A stretch of DNA of 64,000 nt from Lingula anatina. Its lineage: Eukaryota > Animalia > Brachiopoda. The notes beneath the pieces are model-generated. The model worked only from the letters and a program-made list of their open reading frames with translations. It was not told where the DNA came from and did no database searches. The translations under genes were made by a program, and so were the position numbers. The stretch spans positions 14,012,001-14,076,000 of the forward strand of contig CM120649.1 of NCBI GenBank assembly GCA_051362555.1. Reading direction: 5' to 3'. This document shows positions 62,290-64,000 of this stretch, piece after piece (position 1 is the stretch's first letter; each line of letters starts with the position of its first letter).

Positions 62290-63736
62290 GGAAAATGACG
62301 GTCACTCCTCCTGCTACACTTATCCTCCTCCTCCTCCTTGATAGCTCTTTTGATCTACATAAAAAATGTCAAGGATTATAGTAAAAATGTTCAAGGTATA
62401 ATGTCTCACTGTCTTTGAAAAAATTCATGAGCTGTGTCCATAAGTTGGTTCATTTGCTCCTCAGCACATACACAGTGAAGTTAGTACTGAAGTATACATG
62501 TATATTGAAATTAGGCATTGACAACAATAAAATTATTTAATCTATTCATTTAAAGCAGGTTGCTGGTTTGAGATTTTAAGGCACAGTGGACCACAACAGT
62601 CACAGACTGCTAAAAGGAAAATTCAAAGATGTGGACTAATTATTCTTACCTTGGATTCATCATTCATATGTGTATAACACACAAAAGCATATCAGGAACA
62701 GCAAATGTTATTATTAACGTTTAATTAATTAATTTTTTCACCCTATAAATGCCCGGTAGATTGGTCTAGTAACTTATGCAAAGTTCGTAGTACAAAGTAA
62801 CATGCCGATCTTAATTTTCATTAAAAATACATTAGGTAACAGTCATCTAGCTTTCGAGATGCAATGCAAGACCATACACGACAATGGAATTACGCTGCCA
62901 GTACTTCACATTTTTCAGAATCATGTTGGACATGCCAAACTTTTTTCATAATCTAAATTTCACATCGCCAAATTTCGGTGATCGTCGTGACTTCACCTTC
63001 CACGAATCACGATACTAGTAATATTTACAATCTGTTTGCCGATCCCTTTGCATTGGAAATGTAGAGATGCCTCTATGCCACAACCCATTTTTACAACAGT
63101 TAGTTTACTACTTACCCAAAAGCTAGTATATAGGGGAGTTGCACAAAATGCTTTTAATAATCCACATCTTCCTGCCGTTCTGTCAGCGGCTCATCTAGGG
63201 GTGCCAAATTTGCTATCAATGGAATTTAACAGTGAATCTTATTGGTTGATCGTCCGTTAACAGACAAGAAGGAAATTATTAAATTTCATGTGTACCTGGC
63301 TAAATAATAACTTTATTTAGAATGTGCATTCATTAAAATCGTCCCAAAATCAAGTAATTAAAATATTGTTTTGCAAAATAGCTTTAAATAACAAAGAGTC
63401 GGTTACAGAAATCAAAATAACCTAAATGCATTGTCCAATAAAAAATGATCTCTTATAAGTCGCTGGGAATGGAGTTTGAGCAAGTACCCACGTAAGCTAG
63501 TTGTTATAAAAAGGACAGTGGATTTTTTCAAAAAGTTGCAAACAATACACTTTCCATGAAATGATATGAAAATTATTGTAAAGAATATTGGGAAATAATA
63601 TGCTATTAATAGAAAAAATATTTTAGACACTGTCGTTGTACCAGTTTACGATACCCATGGCGCTCGTTGGAGTGCGCAAGCGGGGAAATTTTGCGATCAT
63701 ATAGAAGACTTTCACGTTTATCGGAATATCACCACA

Positions 63737-63814
63737 ATGTCTGTTTACCAGACAAAAAGCCACGTCGACAAGAATGTTTCCATGATACTCAGTAAGCTGA
63801 AAACCGAAAAGGAG
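63737..63814 (+). CDS. RANBP2: Probable first coding exon of RanBP2/Nup358; the gene continues beyond the window
   Basis: ACAATG start gives MSVYQTKSHVDKNVSMILSKLKTEKE followed by a perfect phase-0 donor GAG|GTAAGT. This resembles the invertebrate Nup358 N-terminus (T-K-x-x-V-D-x-x-V-x-x-x-L-x-K-L). It sits in CpG-rich promoter-like sequence with YY1-type ATGGCG motifs at 63657 and ~63862. Only 26 aa are visible. Confidence 0.6.
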
Positions 63815-64000
63815 GTAAGTTTGACGGACTTTCTTTTTTGTTCATTTGACCCCGTGTAAGTCGCCATCTTGAAATGAACTAACTTAAATGAATAAATGTC
63901 AGTTACCGGCGTTATGTAAATACTGTCCTCTCATTTGTAGTGAGCTGAAAGTAAAGAGGGAGTCACACCTATTTGTGTATGGTACTGGGATGGTATTGCA

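Overview
AT-rich animal genomic DNA with GT-AG introns, microsatellites and Helentron-type repeats. It looks like an invertebrate, plausibly a mollusc or other lophotrochozoan (taxon inferred). Left to right: (1) the 3' part of an ATP11-class P4-ATPase flippase gene (+), whose late introns carry two Helentron/HINE-like elements with 161-bp tandem cores and candidate alternative C-terminal exons; (2) a head-to-tail ~7.5-kb tandem duplication (~23.5-37.0 kb and ~37.0-44.5 kb), each unit holding an intact 6-exon secreted proteinase-K/aqualysin-type S8A subtilase gene (-), with a 5.85-kb TTAA-flanked nested transposon stack in unit 1 only; (3) a complete 15-exon receptor tyrosine kinase-like gene (-) with a Cys-rich/FN3/mucin ectodomain whose kinase has lost the alphaC Glu, the DFG Asp and all activation-loop Tyr, so it is a predicted pseudokinase receptor; (4) a 9-coding-exon FAM122/PABIR gene (-) with nested DNA transposons in one intron; (5) the probable first coding exon of RANBP2/Nup358 (+), divergent from FAM122. 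All exon models were read by hand and checked for splice phase. No database searches were run.
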